Shown one piece after another: positions 1-10,076 of a DNA stretch of 64,000 nt (its first letter is position 1; every line of letters starts with the position of its first letter). Under the pieces are notes generated by a model. It was not told the DNA's origin. It searched no databases and worked only from the letters and a program-made list of their open reading frames with translations. The DNA lies in NCBI GenBank assembly GCA_030867685.1, contig JAQOWU010000003.1, positions 1,054,001 through 1,118,000 on the forward strand, in the 5' to 3' direction. The DNA is from Wickerhamiella versatilis (lineage: Eukaryota). The translations under genes were made by a program, and so were the position numbers.

Positions 1-53
1 GTGAAATCTGCCTTGGGACAATTGCTACTGTAGCTAGTAGTCTAAATAGAGCT

Positions 54-1397
54 CTAAATAGAGATATATGGCTTTAGACCCTTGAGCCTTTCCACGGCAT
101 CGTCCAGTACGTCGTCGTCCTTGCAGATGGCAAAGCGGAGGTAGTTCTCCAATAGGGGTGCAGCCCTCGGTGTGGTGAATTCGCTCGGGGGAATTGCGAC
201 CACACCAAGAGTGTAAATGAGCCAAATAGCGAGGGCAAAGTCACGAGGACGGTGCGCCACTTCCTCAGGAACCTTCCAGTCTGCCGGTACCTTAACCCGG
301 GAAAAGTTCACCAGGACAAAGTATCCACCTTCTGGAATGGAATAGGTGAGTCCCAGCTCATCAAAAACACTGGTGAAGCGCTTGATCTTGCCCTTGAAAG
401 CCTCTATTGTCTTGTTATAGTAGTCATGCTTTGGTGCTTGCTCAAATGCTTCGGTAATTGCGACCTGGCAGGGGCTATTAATGCTGAACACGATACGAGT
501 GTGGGCCGCTGCAACCCATTTGATCAATTCAGCGGGACCTATCAGCCATCCAATGCGCCATCCGGTGGCAGCAAACGTTTTCCCACCACTACCCACCGTA
601 AGAGTGTGCTGGTATATTTCCGGAGAGAGGGTAGCGATACGGGTGAATTCAGAATAGTATAGCCGGTCATATACCTCATCACTGAGTATGATGATCCCAT
701 GCTTGACACAGGTGTCCCCAATTCGTTGTAATTCGTCGCGGGTGAATACCTTGCCTAGAGGATTATGCGGGCTGTTCAAGACAACAATCTTGGTACGTGG
801 GGTAATGGCTTGTTCAAATTCTTCCCAGTCAATAGACCATTCATTTGCTGATGAGCTCCTTGTATCAGCGTCTTTAGGCGGGTGCAGGGGCACGTATTTA
901 ACCTTGCCGCCAGGAAGCTTGATGTTTGGAATGTACTGATCAAAGTATGGTTCAAAGACAATTGCCTCATCATCCTGGTCCAGGAACGCTGTAAAGGCGG
1001 AATACATTCCTTCGTTGGCACCTGCGGTCACCACGACATCCGTCTTGGGGTTGATGTTATATCCCTTGAATAACGGATTATAAGCATCTGCAATAGCTTT
1101 CTGTAACTGGGGACGCCCACGGGTGGGGCTATATTGGTTCTGGCTCGGCACATCAAACGCCTTCTTTGCCGCATCGATCGCGAATTTAGGCGGGGAGTAA
1201 CTAAAGAATCCCTGGCCGAGGTTGGCAACAGGCTTGCCTAGAGCAGCTTCAGCTTCAGCAGCTGTAGTATTAATTAATGTCCACACATCCTTCTCCTGCT
1301 GTGAAACGTGACTGCTTGGTTTGATCCAGCTCATCTTGGACTGGAGTCGACGGGCACAGGTTGATAAGGCACGTGACATTACATCACCACTGAGCAT
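54..1397 (-). CDS. BNA3: Kynurenine aminotransferase (class I PLP aminotransferase)
   Basis: Motifs NLGQGFF, NQYSPTRG, NSPHNPLGK, SDEVY and GSGGKTFAATGWRIG. The track starts at TTG 1460; the first ATG is 1397, with further in-frame ATGs at 1379 and 1334. Confidence 0.9.
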   Translation of the reverse strand: MLSGDVMSRALSTCARRLQSKMSWIKPSSHVSQQEKDVWTLINTTAAEAEAALGKPVANLGQGFFSYSPPKFAIDAAKKAFDVPSQNQYSPTRGRPQLQKAIADAYNPLFKGYNINPKTDVVVTAGANEGMYSAFTAFLDQDDEAIVFEPYFDQYIPNIKLPGGKVKYVPLHPPKDADTRSSSANEWSIDWEEFEQAITPRTKIVVLNSPHNPLGKVFTRDELQRIGDTCVKHGIIILSDEVYDRLYYSEFTRIATLSPEIYQHTLTVGSGGKTFAATGWRIGWLIGPAELIKWVAAAHTRIVFSINSPCQVAITEAFEQAPKHDYYNKTIEAFKGKIKRFTSVFDELGLTYSIPEGGYFVLVNFSRVKVPADWKVPEEVAHRPRDFALAIWLIYTLGVVAIPPSEFTTPRAAPLLENYLRFAICKDDDVLDDAVERLKGLKPYISI

Positions 1398-1750
1398 CCT
1401 TACCGGGGTATCAGTCAGATGGTGCTTTAGCTTAATCGCTGCTGACAAGCTAGTTGACAAGCTAGATAGTCATATATATATATATGTATTGTCCAACCAG
1501 TCTCAGGTAGTATATGTTTGACCAAAAACATGGCAAATTTTATTCTTTTTTTAAAAAAAGTATCTATAGATATTGACGAAAGTCTAACTAATGGGTCAAT
1601 ATCTATGTATACTGGTTTCTACGGTCAGTAAAATAAGTGAAAATTATTAGATATTCTTGGTTCTTTATAAAAGAGATTTCGAGAAAACGTCTTAGCTTAG
1701 GCAACTTGCACCGGATATTGTGTGACGACATTGTTCCATTCCATCAGGGG

Positions 1751-3208
1751 CTATGGCAAAATATTGCTATCAAGAGACCGGAGATGGTGCCGCACTTTGT
1801 CCTTAGAATGAACAGGACTTGGTTTAGCAGGCTGCTCTGGGAATAGTGCACGTCCCAGGGACATTCCAGGTGCTAGTGAACTGTTACTTTGCTGCCTCCA
1901 CCTCATATGCCCAGCACGCGTAAATTCATCAGCGGCTTGTGGAGAACCCCACGTGTGATCAAACTGTTTCCCGGCAAGACCAGTCAAATGACTCAATGTT
2001 CCTGTTGCAATGGCTGGTGTTGAATAGCCGCCTTCCAGAAGACTCAGGAGATGCCCTTCAGTACACCTCTGTGAGAGCGTTACGCAGTCCCTGGCAAACC
2101 TGTTGAAGAATGAAGTGGGTACGTGTACACTATGCCTTTGCATATTTGTTGACTCGAATTCGGAACCATCAAAGCCCGCAGAAATCAATACGAGTCCGCG
2201 ACCCTCTGTTCTATTGAGAAATTCCTCCGCTCGACGGAATAGCGCGCAGTACTTCTGATTGTACAAGGTGTCAAACTCCTCCTGGGTCTTATACTGTTCG
2301 AGGTGAACATTCCAAATCGCGAGACCGTGAGCGTCAAGGCATGTTGACGCGGCACATAGCCGTTCGGGATCAGCATACCCAGCCTCAACGGGGAAAGAAT
2401 TTACATCATGAATACTGAAATATCCCATGGCTACTGGGGGCTTCGATTCAGTCGAGTAGCCCAACTTCCACAATAAGTCCTGGGTACCATCGCCGTGATG
2501 AAGATCGCAATCCAATATCGCAACCTTAGTGATACCATGATTGTTCCGGGCGTATTGGATGGCGATGTGCGCATTGTTGATCAAGCAAAACCCCGAGGGG
2601 AAGGAGGCATTACAGTGATGTCCCGGGGGTCTCAGACATACAAAACACTTACCGTACGTGAATGCAAGGTCTACCCCAGTCTTGAGCGCGCTTAAGTTGC
2701 TTTCCAATGCATCCACTGTGGAAGAGGCGAGGTAAATGTCCCCACTGGGCCAATCCTCGGGAACCTCAAGCTTATCGTCCGCAAGTTTGGTCTTGGTCTG
2801 GGAGCACAGGTCGTAGAGCTGCTCAGCCCACTCCCGACTATGTACCGTCAAGAACTCTGGGGACTCGAGTAGATTTCTTTGGGATTTGGTCTCGACGACG
2901 CCAATTGTGTGGTCGACGGTCTTGGCCACACCGAGGCCCAGAGCGCATCCATTGAGTCTTTCTGGTCTCTCAACAATACTCTTTAAGTACGATTTCGATA
3001 CCCAAGGCCGCGAAAAAATGTGTTCCCGCCCTTTGGGTGCCCAGACTACCATGAGTGATGGCCTGTGTGGTTCGACGCCGCCAAATTCACGTGCCAGAAG
3101 GGCGAAACGAGAGAATTCTGGTGATCCGGGGTCGCTAATTTCCTCCTCTATATCCACTGCATCTGCCAATGACAGATTTGCCAACGACGCTTCAACGTCG
3201 ATTTCCAT
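1751..3208 (-). CDS. HOS3: Hos3-type histone deacetylase
   Basis: RPPGHH, SGFCLINN, DCDLHHGDGTQD, SAGFD and LEGGYS; the N-terminal 'FSRPWVSKSYLKSIVERPERL' is typical of Hos3. Confidence 0.88.
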   Translation of the reverse strand: MEIDVEASLANLSLADAVDIEEEISDPGSPEFSRFALLAREFGGVEPHRPSLMVVWAPKGREHIFSRPWVSKSYLKSIVERPERLNGCALGLGVAKTVDHTIGVVETKSQRNLLESPEFLTVHSREWAEQLYDLCSQTKTKLADDKLEVPEDWPSGDIYLASSTVDALESNLSALKTGVDLAFTYGKCFVCLRPPGHHCNASFPSGFCLINNAHIAIQYARNNHGITKVAILDCDLHHGDGTQDLLWKLGYSTESKPPVAMGYFSIHDVNSFPVEAGYADPERLCAASTCLDAHGLAIWNVHLEQYKTQEEFDTLYNQKYCALFRRAEEFLNRTEGRGLVLISAGFDGSEFESTNMQRHSVHVPTSFFNRFARDCVTLSQRCTEGHLLSLLEGGYSTPAIATGTLSHLTGLAGKQFDHTWGSPQAADEFTRAGHMRWRQQSNSSLAPGMSLGRALFPEQPAKPSPVHSKDKVRHHLRSLDSNILP

Positions 3209-3255
3209 GTTGTTTACCTGGACGCGTTATTATACCCTAGCCCTTATAAAACGTG

Positions 3256-4260
3256 CTAACCTAGTGGGACGAGACGCAGGTACCGGGAAAGTGCCACTGC
3301 AAGTGCGAATTGGTCCCCATTTGGTTCTTGATTGAAGTAATATGAAAAAATATTATCACATTGGTCATGCAATTGGTCCCCAATTTGAGAATTTAGACAT
3401 AAAATAAATAACGTATAATGCAGACAGTTTTCCTGGATGTTGCATTGGAGCCACAGAAGTATCACAGGAAAGCACCGTGGGAAGTGATTGACCTTATTCA
3501 GAGCAACGCTAAGGACGTACTCGCGATCAACTGGATCCAATGTGCGCAATAACAAGTCTGATGGCCTCAGAAGAACGTGCAGAATGGCAAGATAAACAGC
3601 TGACTGCAGCTTGTCCGCCAAAAAATAAATGGCATCTGCCCAGAAGTCCAACAATGGTCGCTGCAGCTCGCTTAGGAGCAGCATCTGGGGCATGGTATCC
3701 TCTAGACATAACGTTCTGACAGCGTTCAGCAGGTCGCTATGCTGCGAACCACGCATGGCAGTACGAAGTTGTAAGAGCACAAATTTATATTCAGAGATAT
3801 CCGCTTTTACCTGCTCATTTTCGTCGAGAGCGGCTGGCGAGGGTGTATCGGGAACTTTTTGTTGTGCCAGCTGTGGACTCAAAATAAATTCATAGGAGTT
3901 CGTGCTACATGTTTCAGGGCTGTCGAGAAGACTGAGTAAAGATATGGCATTCATAAGTCGGCTTTTCATGGGGCGTAGGCCGTCCACGAGATCCTGAAGT
4001 GGTCTTACCCCCCCATAAGGCGGCAGTGCTACCTTCTTCTTGTGGGTAAGTCCATCAGCCCTTAATTGAGCAACGGAATTCATGGTTTCTAGAGATTCAT
4101 GGGTCACTAAGGAAGCGCGGTTGGCCGCGGCGATAGCACCCCGCAATTTGTTTGGTTCCTTGCAATAGGTGCGCGCATATAATAAACCGGCTATTTCCCA
4201 CAGGTAGCATCCTGCTATTAGAATGCTTGCCAAAATCAATGCGTTCTGAAGATAAGCCAT
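3256..4260 (-). CDS. Hypothetical protein, 334 aa, hydrophobic N-terminus and helical Leu-rich C-terminal half
   Basis: Long ATG-initiated ORF filling the gap between genes; no family recognised with confidence. Confidence 0.6.
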   Translation of the reverse strand: MAYLQNALILASILIAGCYLWEIAGLLYARTYCKEPNKLRGAIAAANRASLVTHESLETMNSVAQLRADGLTHKKKVALPPYGGVRPLQDLVDGLRPMKSRLMNAISLLSLLDSPETCSTNSYEFILSPQLAQQKVPDTPSPAALDENEQVKADISEYKFVLLQLRTAMRGSQHSDLLNAVRTLCLEDTMPQMLLLSELQRPLLDFWADAIYFLADKLQSAVYLAILHVLLRPSDLLLRTLDPVDREYVLSVALNKVNHFPRCFPVILLWLQCNIQENCLHYTLFILCLNSQIGDQLHDQCDNIFSYYFNQEPNGDQFALAVALSRYLRLVPLG

Positions 4261-4983
4261 ACTGAAGAACCAGGCTGCGCCGGTTTAGGGTATAACGGTG
4301 TTATATTATATGATCCCTACCCATTGAAGTCAAAGGATTTGAGAAATGAAATCGAGGATTGAATAATTAATTGATTGACTAGATAGTCCATCAAAAGCAA
4401 TATTCAGCCCCTTCATCATTGTTTGACTGAGACCGGCTGTGTGTGCAACTGGGGCACGCCTAACACAGCAGTCTGAGCCAAAATATAGCGGCATTGATGA
4501 CCAGCAGGAGCCCCCAAAGACAATTATCGAACCATGAACTCACTACTGGATGTCTAGCAAAGTCAGATATCAACTTGATAGCACTGATGTCTATTCCAGT
4601 TGAGGGCTCTACTTCCACTAAGTCTCACACTTTGGGAAGTTTCAAGTCGTAGAAAATTAATCATAAATTCCAAACGAAACCAAACGATACAACGTACACA
4701 CTGCCTGCCGGCCGGGCCTGCTGATAGAGTGACAGCTTAATAAGCCACCCGTATTAAGCACTAATCACGTAGTAGCTCATTATTGAGAAGGAAATTAGAA
4801 TTTTAAGGCGTCTCAAACTCGGCACTCCTTTCCGATTTGCACACAGAAGGTTAGTTTCTCTTGTCTGAGCTGATATCATGATTGGAATCGTGAACCATAT
4901 ATATTATATAAAGTCCCCAACCCTACTGGCGAACCTTTTTCAAAAAAGCGTGACAAAAGGTTCCTTTGGGTAATTGAGGTACG

Positions 4984-6591
4984 ATGAGTAGCTCTGAGGT
5001 TGGATTCAAGCGGAACAGAGCTCACAGTGAAAACTTTACCGACCCTACATACTTCGTAAACCACCCCTGGGCCGAGTATGCTTTCGTGGTGTCTGCTTTC
5101 TTATCGCAGGTGTTCACACAAGCCTCCACCAATACGCCTCTGGTTCAACTAAATGCTATCAGCAAACATTATGATGCGTCCTCTCTCGAGAGAACTTGGT
5201 TTCAGGCAAGCTTTTCCTTGAGCGCAGGTGCGTTGATTTTGGTTAGTGGCCGGATTGGTGATGTATATGGTCTGCGGCTGACCGCCCTATGGGGGTACTT
5301 GTGGTCAATTGTCTGGACTTTTCTCATAGGCGTATCTTTCTGGACTCGCAACATCGAGTTCTACATCGTCGGACGCGCATTACAAGGTGCTGGCATAGCG
5401 TTCGTGCTACCGAACCTTATGGGAATTGTTGGTAGGGTATATCAGCCCGGTACACATCGAAAAAATATGGTATTTGCTCTAATTGGAATGGGTGCACCCT
5501 TGGGTGGAATTTCAGGTGTCTTGTTTAGCGGGCTAATTACTGAGGAGACACCTGCATTCTATTGGGCATATTTCTCTACAGGAATCTCGATGTGCTTTGC
5601 TTTGGGACTTACTTGGTGGTCGGCACCTAAGGTTCCGGCTCTGGCAGATAGCGCAGCAGACGTAGATTGGATTGGATGTGGGTTGAGCGTTTCTGGACTT
5701 GTGCTTCTTAACTTCGTACTCAATCAAGCGCCAATAGTGGGATGGGATACCCCATACGTCATTGCGCTCATTGTGATATCAGTGGTTGTCTTGGCTGTGT
5801 TCATTTGGTATGAGCTCCATATACCCAAGACACCGCTGATCCCACCTGCTGTACTAAAAGCACCGCGGTTATTGACAGTGCTTTTGATGAAAAGCCTGGG
5901 CTGGGGCTCCTTTGGCATTCTTTTTTTCCATTACTTTACGTTTCTAATGGACTTTCGGCACTATAATCCTCTAGAAGCTGGCGCTTCTATTACGCACTGT
6001 TATTTATTTGGGTCTGTGGCTGCTGTAGCGTGTGGATATGCTATTCGTCATATACCGATACATTTCATTTTGATCTTTTCCATGGTTTGTTTCACCGGCG
6101 CTAGTGTCATGCAGGCAGTAACACCCGTTGATCAGACTTACTGGGCCTTAACATTTCCAACATGGATAGTATCGGTACTCTCTACCGACTCATCTTTTCC
6201 CTCTGGTTCCATTATCCTCAGTGAACATCTTCCTCCTGAGTATCAGGGTATGGCAGGTTCATTAATCAACACTGTAGTGAATTACTCGAACTCATTATTT
6301 CTCGGACTGTCCACCACTGTAGAGACTCAATATCAGAAAATGTATCCCGATAACCCGTTAATTGCATTCAGAGCGGCAATGTATTTCGCCATTGGGCTTG
6401 CAGCTGCAGGGCTCTTGCTGTCAATTGCGTTTACTGGACTTGAGATGTGGGAGGGCAAGGTGTTTCGCCCACACCCTGCGGCACGCACTTCGTCGGATGA
6501 TTATATAGGGCAAGACAATGACGCTGCGGAAAAAGAGTTTACTCCTGATATTACAGAAAAACAGGCCACTGTAAGTCTCGGCGAGAGATAG
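4984..6591 (+). CDS. ATR1: MFS drug:H+ antiporter (DHA2, Atr1-like)
   Basis: About 14 hydrophobic segments; SGRIGDVYG, RALQGAG, 'RKNMVFALIGMGAPLG' and 'QGMAGSLINTVVNYS' as in the Atr1 family. Confidence 0.8.
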   Translation: MSSSEVGFKRNRAHSENFTDPTYFVNHPWAEYAFVVSAFLSQVFTQASTNTPLVQLNAISKHYDASSLERTWFQASFSLSAGALILVSGRIGDVYGLRLTALWGYLWSIVWTFLIGVSFWTRNIEFYIVGRALQGAGIAFVLPNLMGIVGRVYQPGTHRKNMVFALIGMGAPLGGISGVLFSGLITEETPAFYWAYFSTGISMCFALGLTWWSAPKVPALADSAADVDWIGCGLSVSGLVLLNFVLNQAPIVGWDTPYVIALIVISVVVLAVFIWYELHIPKTPLIPPAVLKAPRLLTVLLMKSLGWGSFGILFFHYFTFLMDFRHYNPLEAGASITHCYLFGSVAAVACGYAIRHIPIHFILIFSMVCFTGASVMQAVTPVDQTYWALTFPTWIVSVLSTDSSFPSGSIILSEHLPPEYQGMAGSLINTVVNYSNSLFLGLSTTVETQYQKMYPDNPLIAFRAAMYFAIGLAAAGLLLSIAFTGLEMWEGKVFRPHPAARTSSDDYIGQDNDAAEKEFTPDITEKQATVSLGER

Positions 6592-6935
6592 ACCTATGCT
6601 ATCCAGTCTCAATACAATTCGTTAATTGATCGGGAATTGACGACTACAGTGACAGCAACTCAGAATCCAGCCTCATGCAATGCTTTATAATGTCAATTCT
6701 TTATTTTATTTATTCGTGTGTTATGTTTATACCCATATTCGTTTTTATAACTAACATTATGCAGTAATAATTAACTTACTACTTGAGACTGGCTAGAAAA
6801 TTTAAGACTGATGAATACCAAAACCAACGAGATTTCAACTTTTTATTTTCAAAGTGAGGCGTAAAGTGCTTCTAATTTTTCATATGCCGGAGTGGGGCTT
6901 CTAGTACCCGGGTTCGAGCTGAGTCAGCTTACCAA

Positions 6936-7793
6936 ATGTCGAACCAGGTCGGCAAGCTGTACCGAGAAGTCATTGACGGTGTGTTGAAGGAAGCTCGTCT
7001 TGACTTTGAGGACACAGGGAAGGATGTTGGAGTTCTAGACATGCTGCAGCAAGAATGGTTCAAACGCCTTGATGCTATGCACGTTACTGGCTCAACCTCA
7101 ATTTTTGGGGAGGAAGAGTCACTGGGCGTAGGTTCAGACCGTGTTGGTATGCCACCGCTGGTCGGCGGCAACTTTTATGGAATGGATCTATCGGATCCAA
7201 CCGGTGGCGGTGCTGGTGCTGCCCTTGGGGGCCCGAGCGGGGTGGCATCGTCATCCAGCCCTCGTGGGATGCCAAACCTTTTTGTGAAGGACGAGGAAGT
7301 AACATATCCAAATGATGCAACTGCTGCGATGCGTGCGGCACAAAATATTCAACAATATGCAAAAGATGAGCACTTGAGTCTACCAGGCATGCCTCGAAGT
7401 GTGCAAGGTCTTATGGGGCGGGCACAGAACCAAAACATACCCATCCAGCAAGGGATGCCACAACAACCTGAAGTTCTTTCTTCTGGGTTAAGACAGCAGC
7501 TTGAAACAGTTATGAATCAAGGTAGACCAGGAAGCGGGCAGGTCCCGCAGACAGATGGTATTGCAGCCGACGACGAGGAAATTGGGTCAGATCTCGATGA
7601 CGAGCTTGATCAGGATGAGCTCAATTCTGAAAATGAAGATGAGGAAACCGAGCAAAGTCAAATAATGCTTTGCCTTTATGATAAGGTTCAAAGAGTTAAA
7701 AATAAATGGAAGTATACCCTCAAGGACGGGGTAGCAAATGTCAATGGCCTTGACTATGTGTTTAACCGGGCCACGGGAGAGAGTGAATGGTAA
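6936..7793 (+). CDS. TOA1: TFIIA large subunit
   Basis: N-terminal helical region plus C-terminal 'MLCLYDKVQRVKNKWKYTLKDGVANVNGLDYVFNRATGESEW'. Confidence 0.93.
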   Translation: MSNQVGKLYREVIDGVLKEARLDFEDTGKDVGVLDMLQQEWFKRLDAMHVTGSTSIFGEEESLGVGSDRVGMPPLVGGNFYGMDLSDPTGGGAGAALGGPSGVASSSSPRGMPNLFVKDEEVTYPNDATAAMRAAQNIQQYAKDEHLSLPGMPRSVQGLMGRAQNQNIPIQQGMPQQPEVLSSGLRQQLETVMNQGRPGSGQVPQTDGIAADDEEIGSDLDDELDQDELNSENEDEETEQSQIMLCLYDKVQRVKNKWKYTLKDGVANVNGLDYVFNRATGESEW

Positions 7794-7848
7794 ACAACTA
7801 CAATTATTTGATTTGATAGAATCACGTACACACCATAGGTTACTAATC

Positions 7849-10020
7849 ATGGACTCGTTCGCAGGCCTGGATGGGCTGGCCAAAAGCCAAAGGCCGAAGA
7901 GGATGGCCGACCAGAAGGTAGCTCAGGCACAGGCTAAGAATGTAACATGGTCTGGTCTAGATATCCTAGGTAATGCATCTTCTCAGAACTCGAGCAGTTC
8001 GTCCCTTGGGTCTTCACTTCAGCCGAACCAAGGGCCTAGAGCCCCCTCTGCACCTCAAATGCAGCAAGTAGATGTCAGGAAGCAAGTTAATAGTTCATCA
8101 GAAGCCCCAAAGCCCTCAGGGAGTCTTCTGGATGATTTCGACGAGTTTGTATCAGCTCCTGCAGCTCCTGCAGCACCCTCGGCCCCGGCAGCCAAGCTCA
8201 CGAGGCCTCCAGCCAATGAACCTCTATCTATCTTTGACTCAAAACCGTCAAAATCTGGGGAGGATGCCCAGGCAAAGGCTAGTTTTAGTTTCTACAGAGA
8301 AGAAGAAGCTTCGAAACCTATGCCAGCGCGCCAACCTCCGAAATTTGAGGATAATGCTCCTCCTCGCCCACCCCGGTCGCGCCCAAACACTTATAATGAT
8401 CAAAAGATCGCTCAGATGGTGGACATGGGGTTTGAAGTTCAGGATGCTGAGCGAGCTCTAGATGCAATGGAGGGTAGTGTGCGTGGTGCCGTGAGCTGGC
8501 TTATGGCTGACGCGCAAGGTTTGGAATTACCAACTCCTAAGAGAAATGTGGGCAGGGATGGAGATTTTGGTGAGGTGGCAAGCCAGATTGGAGCTTCGAT
8601 GTTCGCCACTGCAACTAGTCTTTTTAACAAAGGGCGCAAGGAGATCTCTAAAGCGTATAAGGAATGGGAAGGAACCTCTTCCGGTGCTGCAAGTTCTGAT
8701 GGACAGCCTGCATGGATGCGGAATCAGGAAAAATATGAGCGAAGAGCTCGTAGATTAGAACAAGATCAGAGACGTGAGACGAAGCAGCCACAGTTTAGAG
8801 AAACAGGGGAACATCTCAGCGCAGCAAAATCGCCATCTATCGATGCAAGGAGGGCTACAAGTGATGATTCAATGCCCTCCAGGCCGCCGAGACCGGCAAG
8901 GATAAGTCGAGCCCAGATGTTTCGTGAGAAGCAAGCCCAGAGACTTAAGTCATCTCCGTCTCCGTCTCCATCTCCAGCTCCGTCTACAGCTCCAGCTCCA
9001 GCTCCAGCTCCAGCTCAGCCCTCAAACTCAGAGAAATCTAGCTCTCCTGCAGTTGCATCTTCATACAAGGAACCTGAGGTCGATTTGCTGAACCTGACTG
9101 AAACGAACGCGACGCCGACCAGCGTGGCAGGTATCCAGTCAGAGCTTGCTGTGGCAGCCAAGGCAGCAGGACTGAATGCATTCACTCGGGGTGACTATGA
9201 CACTGCAGTTAATGAGTTCAGTGCAGCCCTAAGTGCGGTCCCGTCAGGCCACATCGGCCGTGTTGTGCTGCTGTCAAATCGTGCTGCGGCATTTCTGAAT
9301 GCCGGAGACATGAAAGCGGCTCTTGACGACGCTAATGAAGGCATTGCATCCCTTCCTGATAAAGGCCAGGGAATTAATTTTGAAGGAAAGGACATGAAGG
9401 ATATTTGGGTCAAGTTGGTTACGAGGCAAGGCCAGGCTGCCGAGAATCTTGAACGATTTAGTCTTGCACTTGATGCGTACAAGCTATTGCTAGATAATGG
9501 CTATGCAACTGCTAAAATACTTGAGGCTAAACGGAGATGCCAGCAGGCTCTTGATCCTGATATCGACAAAAAGGCGACAAAGCCAGATAAACCGAAACCG
9601 AGGCGCCGAGGCTGGGGTACCACGGGTGCTGAACCGACTACTGCGGCAGGAAAGGCTGCACTTGAGAAGGTGCGTCGGGAGCACCGTGCTGAAGCCCAGG
9701 ATGATGCAGAGCGAGACCGACTTCGTGAGGTGGTTTCGACTCGTGTGGAGAACTGGAAAGCGGGTAAGGAAGAGAACTTACGAGCATTACTAGCGAGTCT
9801 TCATGAGGTCCTATGGGCTAATAGTGGGTGGCTACCGGTTAATATGACAGACTTGGTAGTGCCGAAGAAAGTAAGACTTAGTTATATGAAGGCGATTGCC
9901 AAAACCCACCCAGATAAGGTGCCTTCCACGGCGCCGATGGAGGTAAAGTTGATTTCTCAATCGGTTTTTGTGGTCATTCAAAGCGCCTGGGAAAAATTTC
10001 GTACCGAAAATGGACTCTAA
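7849..10020 (+). CDS. SWA2: Auxilin-like clathrin uncoating factor (UBA, TPR, J domain)
   Basis: UBA (QMVDMGF), TPR (LLSNRAAAF) and C-terminal J-like domain (NLRALLASL...AIAKTHPDK). Start set at ATG 7849 to avoid overlap with TOA1. Confidence 0.85.
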   Translation: MDSFAGLDGLAKSQRPKRMADQKVAQAQAKNVTWSGLDILGNASSQNSSSSSLGSSLQPNQGPRAPSAPQMQQVDVRKQVNSSSEAPKPSGSLLDDFDEFVSAPAAPAAPSAPAAKLTRPPANEPLSIFDSKPSKSGEDAQAKASFSFYREEEASKPMPARQPPKFEDNAPPRPPRSRPNTYNDQKIAQMVDMGFEVQDAERALDAMEGSVRGAVSWLMADAQGLELPTPKRNVGRDGDFGEVASQIGASMFATATSLFNKGRKEISKAYKEWEGTSSGAASSDGQPAWMRNQEKYERRARRLEQDQRRETKQPQFRETGEHLSAAKSPSIDARRATSDDSMPSRPPRPARISRAQMFREKQAQRLKSSPSPSPSPAPSTAPAPAPAPAQPSNSEKSSSPAVASSYKEPEVDLLNLTETNATPTSVAGIQSELAVAAKAAGLNAFTRGDYDTAVNEFSAALSAVPSGHIGRVVLLSNRAAAFLNAGDMKAALDDANEGIASLPDKGQGINFEGKDMKDIWVKLVTRQGQAAENLERFSLALDAYKLLLDNGYATAKILEAKRRCQQALDPDIDKKATKPDKPKPRRRGWGTTGAEPTTAAGKAALEKVRREHRAEAQDDAERDRLREVVSTRVENWKAGKEENLRALLASLHEVLWANSGWLPVNMTDLVVPKKVRLSYMKAIAKTHPDKVPSTAPMEVKLISQSVFVVIQSAWEKFRTENGL
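8950..9015 (+). repeat. Coding hexamer repeat (TCTCCG/GCTCCA)n encoding a PS/PA linker in SWA2
   Basis: tctccgtctccgtctccatctccagct...ccagctccagctccagctccagct is visible directly; bounds approximate. Confidence 0.7.
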
Positions 10021-10076
10021 GGTCTAATTAACTATATAAATATATACGTTGCATGTGAAAACAGAATGTTGCAAAT

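Noticed and set aside
7738-7848. Apparent TOA1/SWA2 coding overlap in the ORF track
   Set aside because: SWA2 more plausibly starts at ATG 7849; the extension is a chance open frame.
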